From IMG/VR virus record IMGVR_UViG_3300018080_000098, positions 62,001-126,000 of that record: a stretch of 64,000 nt of DNA; one strand, written 5' to 3'. Position numbers and translations under genes: made by a program. Position 1 is the first letter of the stretch. Each line of letters begins with the position of its first letter. Shown in pieces: positions 46,801 through 55,349 of this stretch. A model generated the notes under the pieces. The model had not been told where the DNA came from. It did not search any database and was given only the letters and a program-made list of their open reading frames with translations.

Positions 46801-49281
46801 GATTTGCAGTGTTCCCTGCGTGCCTGCGTGGTTGTAATTGTAGAGGTCACCGGAAGAGCTCGCTAGGATGTCAAACTCAATAGATACCGGGTAGAACTCT
46901 CGAGCGTCACTCCAGATCTTCCGCACCCCATCCGGAGCAGACAGCTGCGCGGCCCCACCCACCGCGCCCAAAGCGTCTGCCTGCAGAATTCTCGCTCCCG
47001 CCACTTCACCCGTGGTGCCCCCTGCACCTAAGTGCTTGTTGGCCAGTCGTGTGCGCAGCTGCCCTTTCATCATCCGATCGATGTCCCGCTTGAGACGCTC
47101 CTCGAGCTCGTGCTCCTCGATGCCCACTTCGTGCCGCAGGTCTACCAGATCGTCGGGATACACACGATCCGGATCGGTAAGACCATCCGGGCGTCCAGCA
47201 CCACTTCCGTTGGGGTTGGTATCAAACGCCCACGGTTGTGTGTTTTTACGATGGATGACAGCAATGGGAATGGCCCACTCTGCCAGGAAGGGGTGGATGC
47301 GATCGTCCGCGTCGATGGCGATAGACTTGGACCAGATACCACCGTCCTCGTACTGCGCGCCAGACCCAGCCATCGTGACATCACCGCGGGTCCAGCCTGC
47401 AGCCACCATTGCATCCGCTTCGTCTAGATAATCATTATTACCCAGATCTTCCGCTACCAATTGCCACTGTACGTAGCCACGCTTCCACCCTTGCCCTCTA
47501 ATCGTCCCGCTGCTGTTGGAGGGTATATAAGGTCGGTGGCGTCTACTTACCAGGTATTCCGAGTTAGCCGTACCATCTGCGTTGTCGTACAGTGTGATAT
47601 TCATTTTCAAGTAGACGAGATTCCTCGCCCACCCATTAACAGCAGTGGGAGCGCTGGGCATCGTCAACTGAGGTCCACACGGAAACTCCAGCCAGTCTTC
47701 GATGCCGCGTACGCGTACTTTAACCTGCTCGTCGTACACCACCAAGTTGGTGGGAAAGGCCCCCGTCTGCATCACGTGGTCCATCCCAGTTAAGAACCCG
47801 CTAGGTTCGTCGTAGGGATAGTGATTGACGCCGAAGGGGGTTTCCTCTTTCAGGTAAACGGAATCGATAGCCTTCCGAGCGGAGTGGGAAACGTCGGCTA
47901 CAGGGTAGACGGGAAAAACGAACCGAACACCGTCCCTGAAAACCTGGATAGCGTTGGGGATGACTTCGAGGCTCGTGCGCTTTACAACGAAGAGCGGAAT
48001 AGCCCAGCTGTAGCCGTCGACAGACGAGACAGCTGCGGGAGCTACCCAAATGCGGTCGTCTGCTGTACTACCAGCAGGCTGTCCGGTAAATGGGTTGCCA
48101 TCGATGTTTGTGCAATCACTGGCGACGTTGGCGTGTCCTGGGTTGTAGAGTGCCAGGGTAGTGGCTGTAAGATTTGACGCAGTTCCGAGTCGGTACCGAA
48201 GAACGTTCCAGCCGTGATCATCGGCATCGATGGGATTGAGGTTGAAGTTGTCTGCGGGTGGTGCTGTTGGGATGCCCTGCTGCCACTCGAGCTTCTGAAG
48301 TTTCTCATCTACTTCGGAGATGGTGTACTTCAGAGTTCCGTCGGGGTTCCTGTCGTACCGGATATCTTCGGGAACAGCCGCCGATGGGTCGATGTATTCT
48401 CGCCATACTTCGAGGAAGATGATGTCGTAGCGTTCCCCGATGCCGGGTTTGGGGTCCATGGTGACGTACTGGCCATGGAGCTCGACGCGGTGTCCATTGA
48501 CATCTGCGGTGAAGGAGTCGAAGCCTATCTGGTCGGCTACGGTTGGGGTTTCAACGATCAGAATTTCGGTATCACTGGCATAGTTTCCAGCGCTGTTGGG
48601 TCGTGGTCCTGCGACCACACCGGAGCCTTCGACGTTCCTCTCGTGCTGGCTTTCTACCAGCATGTGATTCATGAGGGTGGTTTCGGTGTTGTAGGAGCCG
48701 GTGTTGAGGGGGCTCCAGGCGGTACCGGTCCAGAAGTGGAACGTGCGATCGGACAGGACGAAGTAGAAATCTCCCACACGGTTGATGTGCGGTGGCGGTA
48801 CGGGGAGAGCTGCTGGAGTGGCTGCGGTGCCGCGGTACCAATCGCGACCGAGAGGGTTGATTTCATCTCGGTAGTCGAAGTAGAGGTCGTTCGGGGTGAC
48901 GCTTACAGCTGCGGGCGGGATATCCGCGACGCAGTAGACGATGAGGTAGTCTTTTTGCGCATGTACGAGGTAGTCTGCTTCCTTGTAGGAGTGCCACTCG
49001 AGGGTTGGGGTAGCTGGGCTTCCTCCAGCGTTGTACTTCGCCCATAGAACGATGTAGTTCTTTTCGTTGGCGAGGACAGGCAGCGTTTGTGGGGCATCCT
49101 CTACTACTGTCATACCATCGAAGCTGATGGCGACGGAGGGGTCCACTACGACGTTGAGGCCAATGCCTGGTACGACGTTGCCGCCGAAGATAACGCCTCG
49201 GTTGACGACTCGTTCCAGTCGTTCGTTGAGGTTGCTGGTGGAATCCGGGTTCTTCCAGATGAAGGAAGCTCTGAGAGTCAT
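43849..49281 (-). CDS. Very large baseplate wedge/arm-like structural protein (1810 aa)
   Basis: Anchor-type N-terminus, DIIFLEVWRE, AIPLFVVKR / AIPIAVIHRKN...RPDG...DDLVDLRH motifs; lies directly after the wedge genes. Confidence 0.75.
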   Translation of the reverse strand: MTLRASFIWKNPDSTSNLNERLERVVNRGVIFGGNVVPGIGLNVVVDPSVAISFDGMTVVEDAPQTLPVLANEKNYIVLWAKYNAGGSPATPTLEWHSYKEADYLVHAQKDYLIVYCVADIPPAAVSVTPNDLYFDYRDEINPLGRDWYRGTAATPAALPVPPPHINRVGDFYFVLSDRTFHFWTGTAWSPLNTGSYNTETTLMNHMLVESQHERNVEGSGVVAGPRPNSAGNYASDTEILIVETPTVADQIGFDSFTADVNGHRVELHGQYVTMDPKPGIGERYDIIFLEVWREYIDPSAAVPEDIRYDRNPDGTLKYTISEVDEKLQKLEWQQGIPTAPPADNFNLNPIDADDHGWNVLRYRLGTASNLTATTLALYNPGHANVASDCTNIDGNPFTGQPAGSTADDRIWVAPAAVSSVDGYSWAIPLFVVKRTSLEVIPNAIQVFRDGVRFVFPVYPVADVSHSARKAIDSVYLKEETPFGVNHYPYDEPSGFLTGMDHVMQTGAFPTNLVVYDEQVKVRVRGIEDWLEFPCGPQLTMPSAPTAVNGWARNLVYLKMNITLYDNADGTANSEYLVSRRHRPYIPSNSSGTIRGQGWKRGYVQWQLVAEDLGNNDYLDEADAMVAAGWTRGDVTMAGSGAQYEDGGIWSKSIAIDADDRIHPFLAEWAIPIAVIHRKNTQPWAFDTNPNGSGAGRPDGLTDPDRVYPDDLVDLRHEVGIEEHELEERLKRDIDRMMKGQLRTRLANKHLGAGGTTGEVAGARILQADALGAVGGAAQLSAPDGVRKIWSDAREFYPVSIEFDILASSSGDLYNYNHAGTQGTLQIRAPGFPTAYAQIVRHTPAMLYTGADEGSIAYLKFYGPPCWTTQQERLLTTGNPVHPSPAAAKWIDSSGTPPVVVPPVPAGTEDEISFYYYPDITRPYTGGQGFDVTVTDAKGRAIEMTGEIDTTGITSGTAVLTWWVHFDRSFTGSNYSANYGLSGIPDTVHKVVKDPGGTDEELHVGPMYTTVRKPIVGTSITITDADVTAASGISGTVTLMGVDRLSAVAEDPTVLLGPATVTMNDARDTIVVDFGAGVFTGSVDMPVFFSTSDMNKWVEVGRGGKSVQAYFEWEELDIDHTVPAPSGDFSYSIGGATWRNVSVGGNTTSEAMPICWTRAALGADWNLVRNVPIGVLPETTEAGHEHSNLVSYKSDDFSQYALVIVPAHKALSTAASDRCVIHYTYTPYQGLSSDGEQQATIGTALPKCKELLHGKVEANSDFYVSQSGACSYFSGVDSWTGIPANHVGLGAASALLGSARFEMYNETIVVKGIQGGGTTDLTSRVLANHTCNAASMLRMPFPINTSMFASAYHTGAMNFDFDPARAGVASGYRCYAPGYEPVAPPSVPVPRIDQFVNSLTPLCTVGAPAQQEEGAVITPFMYTAGPYTTGELTTSRWETSGAAQQLDLYIDPRVKGSQVVKRLAVYADIDEFLTLWFTTLWENNGKQLPISGGSTLPSKYLTPVGSADPKWTSLQDLTLAGARRDVYYTVNPGSIIEWYLANSDNANRVNTATLVSYVQPAANDGYIYGSYAAIDTEEVYNKNTGTEAEFHVGRVTDIVTIPFGSSAHRRLLTWATGAVFFPEPATLEDSQSIGVTSLKGLQIEYPAWSPATIATLEGLLTATSDSRNAGRGIYLSGVGGASISYRYNMPVLVPGTGTPLADVCKDAHLLLDNNDLTPGAYPYMPGEPLFSDSGRVYYSSDHGGPMAYVCFGLLVNPTADTYKNQLVIQMSGGPTGGVGAASGAYTQDDLDGTAIDAFWPKGRPLLKSKK

Positions 49282-49317
49282 GCGATGCTCCTAAAAATAG
49301 GTGCCAGCGTCGGTGTG

Positions 49318-49749
49318 CTACAAGAACACGCTGACGCGAAATTCTGCTGTATCGGAACCAGTGAACACGACCAGAGGTCGGTGGTGGATGGCGAACAGGA
49401 ATATGGTGCCTTCTGGTTCCGGGTCCCCTGATGGAACACAAGTCGTTTCAGCCCATAACCCCAAGGCGCTCACGGGACCTGTGACCTCGTGTTTCCGCAC
49501 GTTGCAGACGAATACTGGGCAGAAGTCGTTTACCCATTCGTACGCATCGATGGGTTCCAGTCCAAAGACGGAAGCTCCAATATCTGTTGCGGAGGGGTCA
49601 ATGGCGAGTGACACTGTGGGATCGAGGAAATCGTGTCCTGTAGCTGCGAGCGAGAAGTACTTGACTATGAAGGACTTTCCGTTGGTCCACCCTACAGCTT
49701 CGCGTCGTTTGGCTTCGTTGGTGAGAAGTGCGATGGAGTCGTACGCCAT
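49318..49749 (-). CDS. Tail-collar-fibre-like (DUF3751-like) protein
   Basis: LLTNEAK....FSL...G.D..DP......VSALGLWA....FLFAIHHRP; paralog of 41381..41881. Confidence 0.65.
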   Translation of the reverse strand: MAYDSIALLTNEAKRREAVGWTNGKSFIVKYFSLAATGHDFLDPTVSLAIDPSATDIGASVFGLEPIDAYEWVNDFCPVFVCNVRKHEVTGPVSALGLWAETTCVPSGDPEPEGTIFLFAIHHRPLVVFTGSDTAEFRVSVFL

Positions 49750-49834
49750 GGGTAATTAATCCTGTTTCGTTTGGTTTTTCCTGGTGTGCACCAGGGCAGA
49801 CTCCACCTTTTGCGCCGAAATTGTGTTCACGGGC

Positions 49835-51466
49835 TTATTGCTCCTCTAAATGTACCTTGTAAATCAGGATCTTGTAGGCGGGAAAGCCTGCAGTTTTTCT
49901 ACCTATCGTCACAATCAGAACGTCATCTGTCACGCTGGTTAAGCTGATACTTGACATGGCAGCTAGCGTGGTTCGTGTTATCTGGTTGGGTAGTGTTACT
50001 GATTGGAAGGTGGAGGACCAGGTGGTTCCTATTTCATCCCAGTACCACAGGTCGGAAGACCGTTGCAGGATGAGCTCTCCCTCTGTGAACGCGATATCCA
50101 TTTTGTAGTCGATACTCAGGTCGTAGAGGGTGGGGTTGGGGTCTGGTAGTCCTTCCACCTGTGAGATGGCGCATGGTTCTGGTGGGTCTGTTACGTCCAG
50201 AACGCAGGCGTGATGGCTTTGACCTGCGGTTACACCGGGGGGATCGATGAACACTTTACGCACTATTTCTGAGTCTGTGAAGTCCACCCCTATCTGGTTG
50301 GAAGAGAAATCCCAGTTGTCCCAATTTTTGAAGATGCCTCCATCTCGTTTGAAGTGTCTCCAAGATAGGTAATCGATGTCGGCTCGTCCGATGTCGTAGG
50401 GGAGTCCTGGCGAAGTTCCGAAGGCGAGATACGAGAAGAACGGCAGGTAGTGCGGGAAGTCTTGCCAGAACCCAGCTTGGAGCAGGGGAGTTTCTGCATA
50501 ATCAATAAATACTTCAACCTGTCCATAATCGCCGGGGACTTGATTTCGGTCGATTCTCAGTCGCACATGGAGGTCTTTGTTGACGTAGTCAAACGGGACG
50601 AGTGCAGCGTAGTTGTTGGGGTCAAGCGGGTTTACCGAGTCTTCAATGAGTCCCAAGTGGAGGACTCCTCCCAACTTTACAGCTGCTAACGAAATGCCTG
50701 TGGTGTCGAACATATCGAACAGCAGCCAGGTGTAGCCATCCGGAGCTGCTGTTGGGTTGGTGATAATTAAACGTGTTTCCGCTTCGGTAACGTAGTCGTT
50801 TCGGAACTCGTCTGGGGTATACGGCAGCAAAATTGGACCGATGTACGCGAAGCTGTTCAGTGGGTCTACGTCGTCCACGCGGAGGTAGTTGTTGCCAGTG
50901 ATGGCGCCTGGTACACCTCCTCCAGCGGTGATCCAATTTAGGGGTCCAACGATGGCATCAGGCGTTACTCCATCGAAGGGGTCGTAGAAGGTGGGACCGT
51001 ACACGTATTCAATTTCGAGCCATAGTTGGCTGATGTCTATTCGTCCTGCTGCTGCTACAGTGGTCACGCCAGCTCCGAGAGAGCTCGTGTCTGCGAGGGT
51101 GAATCTGGTCAGTGTGGTCCAGTCTTCGCGGACGCGGATGAGGCCGTTTTGCCAACCTAGGTTGACGTTCACGGTGGCTCCTACGGTGTGCGGGGCGCCT
51201 CCTTGAGTAATTTGGAAGTCGACCTGGTTGGTTCCGGCAACGTTTGCTCGTATGCGGTAGTGGAGTGTCACTGCCATGATGCGGCCCATAGTGGGGGCCC
51301 ATCCGGCGCCACAGTGGAAGTTGGAGGTTTCTGCTACGGTATCAGAGTAGACGTAGCTGCTGTCATCGGATGTGTTGAGCACAGCTTCCCAACCAGAGGG
51401 GGCGTTGGAGACGCTCCAATCTGCTGCTGTTCCGGGAGCGCTTGTAGGTACGATGATGCGTGGCAT
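49835..51466 (-). CDS. Putative baseplate-associated multi-domain protein (543 aa)
   Basis: N-terminal domain (WEAV..SDDSSYVYS) similar to the repeated domain of 38577..41369. Confidence 0.7.
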   Translation of the reverse strand: MPRIIVPTSAPGTAADWSVSNAPSGWEAVLNTSDDSSYVYSDTVAETSNFHCGAGWAPTMGRIMAVTLHYRIRANVAGTNQVDFQITQGGAPHTVGATVNVNLGWQNGLIRVREDWTTLTRFTLADTSSLGAGVTTVAAAGRIDISQLWLEIEYVYGPTFYDPFDGVTPDAIVGPLNWITAGGGVPGAITGNNYLRVDDVDPLNSFAYIGPILLPYTPDEFRNDYVTEAETRLIITNPTAAPDGYTWLLFDMFDTTGISLAAVKLGGVLHLGLIEDSVNPLDPNNYAALVPFDYVNKDLHVRLRIDRNQVPGDYGQVEVFIDYAETPLLQAGFWQDFPHYLPFFSYLAFGTSPGLPYDIGRADIDYLSWRHFKRDGGIFKNWDNWDFSSNQIGVDFTDSEIVRKVFIDPPGVTAGQSHHACVLDVTDPPEPCAISQVEGLPDPNPTLYDLSIDYKMDIAFTEGELILQRSSDLWYWDEIGTTWSSTFQSVTLPNQITRTTLAAMSSISLTSVTDDVLIVTIGRKTAGFPAYKILIYKVHLEEQ

Positions 51467-51469
51467 GGG

Positions 51470-52792
51470 TTAGACCAGTTCGTCGAAGTAGGGGTTATCG
51501 AGCAGTCCGGGTGTATCTCCTCCGAAGATGGGGTTGTTGGGCGTGTGTACAGCGGTAGCTGTATCTGCGCACGCCATCGTAGTAAATTTTACAGTGTCGG
51601 GCCCGTTCATGCAGCAGTTGGCGTCCTCGTCGTGCACTCCGTGGAGTGGGTACGTGTCGAGGCATCTGCTGAAGTCGAACATCTTCTTGGTGGATGTACC
51701 CACCCAGAAGTCTGTCAGGAGGTCGATATCATAGATAGAATCGAATGGTGGCGTAGGTGGAAGAGGAACAGGTTCTGTATCCAGAGTGTCTCCGCTGTCA
51801 AAGAAGTGACTACTACCGATGCCGGGATGCTCGACGGTCTGGTCGAAGGGCGTAGCGTAGGCGCAGATGGGGATATCTGCTTTGAAGAGCATGGCGCCGA
51901 CAACGTAGACGCTGTCCATACAGCCCATGTACTCGATGAGAGCTTGTGCAGAGCAGACGTCATCGAGGGTGTCGAACTGGTGTGCGGAGAATTCGGTGGT
52001 ATCTGCTGGCGCTACCGTGATTACGTCTTCTCCGTAGGTGGCGAAGTCGTAGTAGTCTGCTACGTTATTGACGAGCTTGCTGAAAGCGACCCAGCGGGCT
52101 ACGCAGAGGTTGGGCAGCCAGACGTGTCCTTCGAACCCGAAGACATCGTCTGCGGAGGTCACGGGTTGGTAGAGGTCGGGTTGCCAGAGCTCGGGGTTGC
52201 GCGTTTCTTTGAACACGGGTGTGGACGAGACGAATCCGGATACGTAATCGGTAACTCCGCCTTCGGTGCCTCCTTCTGCGAACAGGCTGATGGCCATCGC
52301 TTTGACGGCGAGGATGCGAAGGGATCTGATGGAGGGCAGGTATTTACGCCATGGGAGCTGGTACTCTGCGATGAAGGAGGCCCATTTGGAATTCAGGAGG
52401 TTGAAGTATTTCTCTACTTGGCGTCCGGAGTATTCGTAGAGCTGTCTACTACCCATCTCCAGGATGGAGGTCATGTAGGTGGCAGCGATAGCCAGGTGTA
52501 CGGGCTCGTCCACACCGTTGTAGGCTGTAAGAAAGTTTATAGCTGGTGGTTCGAACAGATTGATGTAAACGGGCTGCGAGTTCGATTTTGGGATAATCGT
52601 TCCCATTGGCTCGTCGTTTATCGTAATATGAACTGGGTCTTCTCTATCTGTGGTCAGAATAAATTCGGTTGGTTTTGAAGACCTGGGCACTCGGATATCC
52701 GCGAACAGGTAGAAGGAGCCTGGAGGGACCTGTGCGGTCATATCATCTGTGGAGAATGTCCACGGGTAGATTCTTGGGTAGAAGTTCAACAT
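51470..52792 (-). CDS. Putative baseplate wedge protein (gpI/gp7-like position)
   Basis: Directly follows the baseplate J-like gene; R.LAV.A....F.EGGTEGGV...V pattern. Confidence 0.6.
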   Translation of the reverse strand: MLNFYPRIYPWTFSTDDMTAQVPPGSFYLFADIRVPRSSKPTEFILTTDREDPVHITINDEPMGTIIPKSNSQPVYINLFEPPAINFLTAYNGVDEPVHLAIAATYMTSILEMGSRQLYEYSGRQVEKYFNLLNSKWASFIAEYQLPWRKYLPSIRSLRILAVKAMAISLFAEGGTEGGVTDYVSGFVSSTPVFKETRNPELWQPDLYQPVTSADDVFGFEGHVWLPNLCVARWVAFSKLVNNVADYYDFATYGEDVITVAPADTTEFSAHQFDTLDDVCSAQALIEYMGCMDSVYVVGAMLFKADIPICAYATPFDQTVEHPGIGSSHFFDSGDTLDTEPVPLPPTPPFDSIYDIDLLTDFWVGTSTKKMFDFSRCLDTYPLHGVHDEDANCCMNGPDTVKFTTMACADTATAVHTPNNPIFGGDTPGLLDNPYFDELV

Positions 52793-52798
52793 GATGGT

Positions 52799-54229
52799 TT
52801 ACTGTGCGGAGAAGATGGACCCTGGTGATAGCACTGGGTACTCTGTTCTTCCATCGAATTCGATGGGCGACACATCTTGGACACCTTCGTCTAGCCGGGC
52901 GAAAACGAGGACGGTAAACGTGCTCAATCCGGGCACAGCAGCTAGGACGGTGTCTTGGTAATCGCGTGGGTCGAGTGTGGCTCCAAATCGTTTTCTGGTA
53001 GCAGATGGAGAAATGGGGTCGTTGAAGTAGAACTCCGTGTATTCCTGAATAGCGACGTTTACAGCGTCCTGGTCTTCTGCAGACGTTGCTACAGCTCGAG
53101 CTTGTACAAAAACTGGGACAGCGTATCCTAGTCGTACGAGGACGTCGTTTCCGAAAGGTTTTCCCCTACCTTGCAGAGCGGTGTTCGCGTCCACAATACC
53201 CTCGTAGTTGAAATATTTGATTTCAACTGTTTGCCCAGGTTGTAGCGCGGTTGACAACGTAACTCGATCGTTGGCCCTTGGCGAATTACGAAACGCTTGT
53301 GCTGAGTCTGGCGTGAAGGTGAACGTAGCCCGTTCTCCATCAACCATGACATACTGAACTGACTGTACTGGGGGCTTATCGAGCGGGATAGACAGCTCTC
53401 CTCCTAACGCGGTGAACGTTTGGAGCTCATTCCCAAGGGTGTCTGTAATCACGTAGACGTCGTAGGCTGTGCGGCCATTAACGTAAGCTTGTCGTTCGAA
53501 GAGCTCGAACTCACTGGACGAAACGAGGGCTACATCGGTAGCTGCTACATCGTAGTCGAGGATGGTGGTTACCAGCCTACCAGTGAGGTCTGTATCCAGG
53601 GCCTGCAGGTTATTCCAGATGAGGTTTCTGAAGCTGGTTCTATCGAGTGGGTCGAATCCTCCGAGGGCCGCTTCGAAGTTGGTTACTCCATCGAAGTCGT
53701 TGACTCCGCTGATGATCGAGGTGATAGTTTCGGGTGGCAGGTTGAAGTCGTCGCCTATGGAAACGGCTTCGACTTCTCCGCGAACCTCGTACCGTCTTTC
53801 TGTTGGATTGTAGTAGATGTCCGGGTTATTTCCATCCATCACAATATCGTCAGTGGTGATGAATGTGTACCTTTGGTCTTCGGTACCGACGAGGGCGCCT
53901 TGTGGGATGACGTATACCTCTCCTGCTATTGGTCTGGATTCTCTGTAGAACGTTACTACAGCGTCTGCGAGCTCTCCGACATTGGGGTCTAGTGAGTAGT
54001 TATTCCCCAACGCTTCTATATCGTCATCGTCGATGTCTTCTGTGTTTTCTAGCTGGTACACCGTAGTTAGGTAAGCTGCTTGCGTTTCAGTAGCAGAGAG
54101 TTCAGTTGCTGTGGCGTAGATGAGCACACCGAGGGGGCCTTTGGCCACATCGATAGTGGGGTCGATATCCTCGAAGGTTTCTCCCATCGATTCGATAATT
54201 TCGTCTACATTTCTTGGAGCGGTAGCCAT
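52799..54229 (-). CDS. Baseplate J-like wedge protein
   Basis: A.AVVTFYR...VIPQGALV....TF.TT...VEAVSIGDDFNL...I.....GVTN..A.LGGFD, typical of baseplate J/gp47 proteins. Confidence 0.88.
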   Translation of the reverse strand: MATAPRNVDEIIESMGETFEDIDPTIDVAKGPLGVLIYATATELSATETQAAYLTTVYQLENTEDIDDDDIEALGNNYSLDPNVGELADAVVTFYRESRPIAGEVYVIPQGALVGTEDQRYTFITTDDIVMDGNNPDIYYNPTERRYEVRGEVEAVSIGDDFNLPPETITSIISGVNDFDGVTNFEAALGGFDPLDRTSFRNLIWNNLQALDTDLTGRLVTTILDYDVAATDVALVSSSEFELFERQAYVNGRTAYDVYVITDTLGNELQTFTALGGELSIPLDKPPVQSVQYVMVDGERATFTFTPDSAQAFRNSPRANDRVTLSTALQPGQTVEIKYFNYEGIVDANTALQGRGKPFGNDVLVRLGYAVPVFVQARAVATSAEDQDAVNVAIQEYTEFYFNDPISPSATRKRFGATLDPRDYQDTVLAAVPGLSTFTVLVFARLDEGVQDVSPIEFDGRTEYPVLSPGSIFSAQ

Positions 54230-54238
54230 GGTTTTTCC

Positions 54239-54736
54239 TTAGAGGTAGGTTACCGAGCTTTCTGGGGTGGTGATGAAGTTCAACAAATCTTGTGCTTCGA
54301 GAGAAGACGGAAGTTGTTGACTAAGGTTAATAGTGAAATTGAGGGGAACGTCGTCTTCGCTTTCAGTGATTACTCTCAGGAAAAATCCGTAGGAAGATTT
54401 TCCTAGGTTTCTCACCCAGAGCTCTCGTATTTCTTCGATAAGCTCGTCTGCTTCTGCGTAGGAGTCTTCATCTTGGAGATCGATAAGGCGATCTACAGAG
54501 CTTTCCACAGCGAACCGTATACGTTCTTCAGCGGAGATAGCGTCTAGGGAGACTGGGTCGGAGTCGATAAGGTAGAGCTCGCTGCCGTTGTAGTAGACAG
54601 ACGTTTCTGGGTCCCAGTTGTTCAGCAGAGACTCTGCTATATCCTGGGCGCATTTTTCAATGCCTGTAACTATCATGAAGCGGCCCCCGGTGCTTACCAT
54701 GAGGTCGCCGTCGTCGCATTTGAGTGTCAAGCTCAC
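54239..54736 (-). CDS. gp25-like / DUF2634-like baseplate wedge (sheath initiator) protein
   Basis: DGDLMV...GRF.IVTGIEK.AQDI...L........YNGSEL; immediately upstream of the J-like gene. Confidence 0.75.
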   Translation of the reverse strand: MSLTLKCDDGDLMVSTGGRFMIVTGIEKCAQDIAESLLNNWDPETSVYYNGSELYLIDSDPVSLDAISAEERIRFAVESSVDRLIDLQDEDSYAEADELIEEIRELWVRNLGKSSYGFFLRVITESEDDVPLNFTINLSQQLPSSLEAQDLLNFITTPESSVTYL

Positions 54737-54751
54737 GCTGTACTCCTTTAG

Positions 54752-55294
54752 TTATGGGTACGACACGAAGGCTCGTATCCATGACCGAAGTTCTTTTCTG
54801 ACATCGTTCTCTTCTTTTTGTTTGTACTGTGCTTCCATCACGCCATCAAACATGCGGTGGAAGTATTCATTTCGGTCTATGTCTACGAGACGTCCAAGCG
54901 ACCTGGTCATTGCTTGGAGGACAGGTTGCATACCTGTTTGGATAGATAATCCTCCGCTGTCTAGGGTTCCTGAGAAGCTATCGAGGAAGTCGTTGAACTT
55001 TCCTGTGATAGTCAGCAATTCTGCAGCTACGAGCTCGCTGTAGAGAACTTGTTGCTCGGTTACTTCTTTGAGCAGCGCGTTGTAATCTTTCGTACGTTGG
55101 CTTGATTCTCCTTTGGTCAGCTGCTTCAGGTAGGCGACAGCCTTCTTTTTAGTAGTAGAGGATAGGAGAATTAGGGCATCTTCTGTGGACGCCGGGATAG
55201 CTTGCGATACACCATTCACTGAATCGTAGTAGGAGGGTGTTACCTGCCGTCTGTTGGCTACTAGTTTTTTCAGTTGGTTATCGGAGAGTGCCAT
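54752..55294 (-). CDS. Hypothetical helical protein (180 aa) in the baseplate operon
   Basis: Co-oriented ORF downstream of motif B. Confidence 0.75.
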   Translation of the reverse strand: MALSDNQLKKLVANRRQVTPSYYDSVNGVSQAIPASTEDALILLSSTTKKKAVAYLKQLTKGESSQRTKDYNALLKEVTEQQVLYSELVAAELLTITGKFNDFLDSFSGTLDSGGLSIQTGMQPVLQAMTRSLGRLVDIDRNEYFHRMFDGVMEAQYKQKEENDVRKELRSWIRAFVSYP

Positions 55295-55323
55295 GTGTTT
55301 GCTTTCTTTGTGCCAAAAGCAGT

Positions 55324-55338
55324 GTTATAAAATAACTT
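55324..55338 (-). promoter_or_regulatory. Putative promoter/operator motif B (AAGTTATTTTATAAC)
   Basis: Intergenic; contains the inverted repeat GTTAT-N3-ATAAC and -10-like TATAAC. Confidence 0.5.
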
Positions 55339-55349
55339 CAAAGCCTTAA

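Noticed and set aside
49780-49795. Hairpin CCTGGT-GTGC-ACCAGG in an intergenic gap
   Set aside because: Followed by an A-run, not a U-run, on the transcribed strand; its loop differs from the triple-hairpin motif, so no function could be supported.
51188-52678. 496-aa plus-strand ORF and the many other plus-strand ORFs (e.g. 1384..1953, 10157..10993, 24217..25008, 48214..49047)
   Set aside because: They lie antisense to well-supported minus-strand genes, lack recognisable motifs and are explained by codon bias (shadow ORFs).
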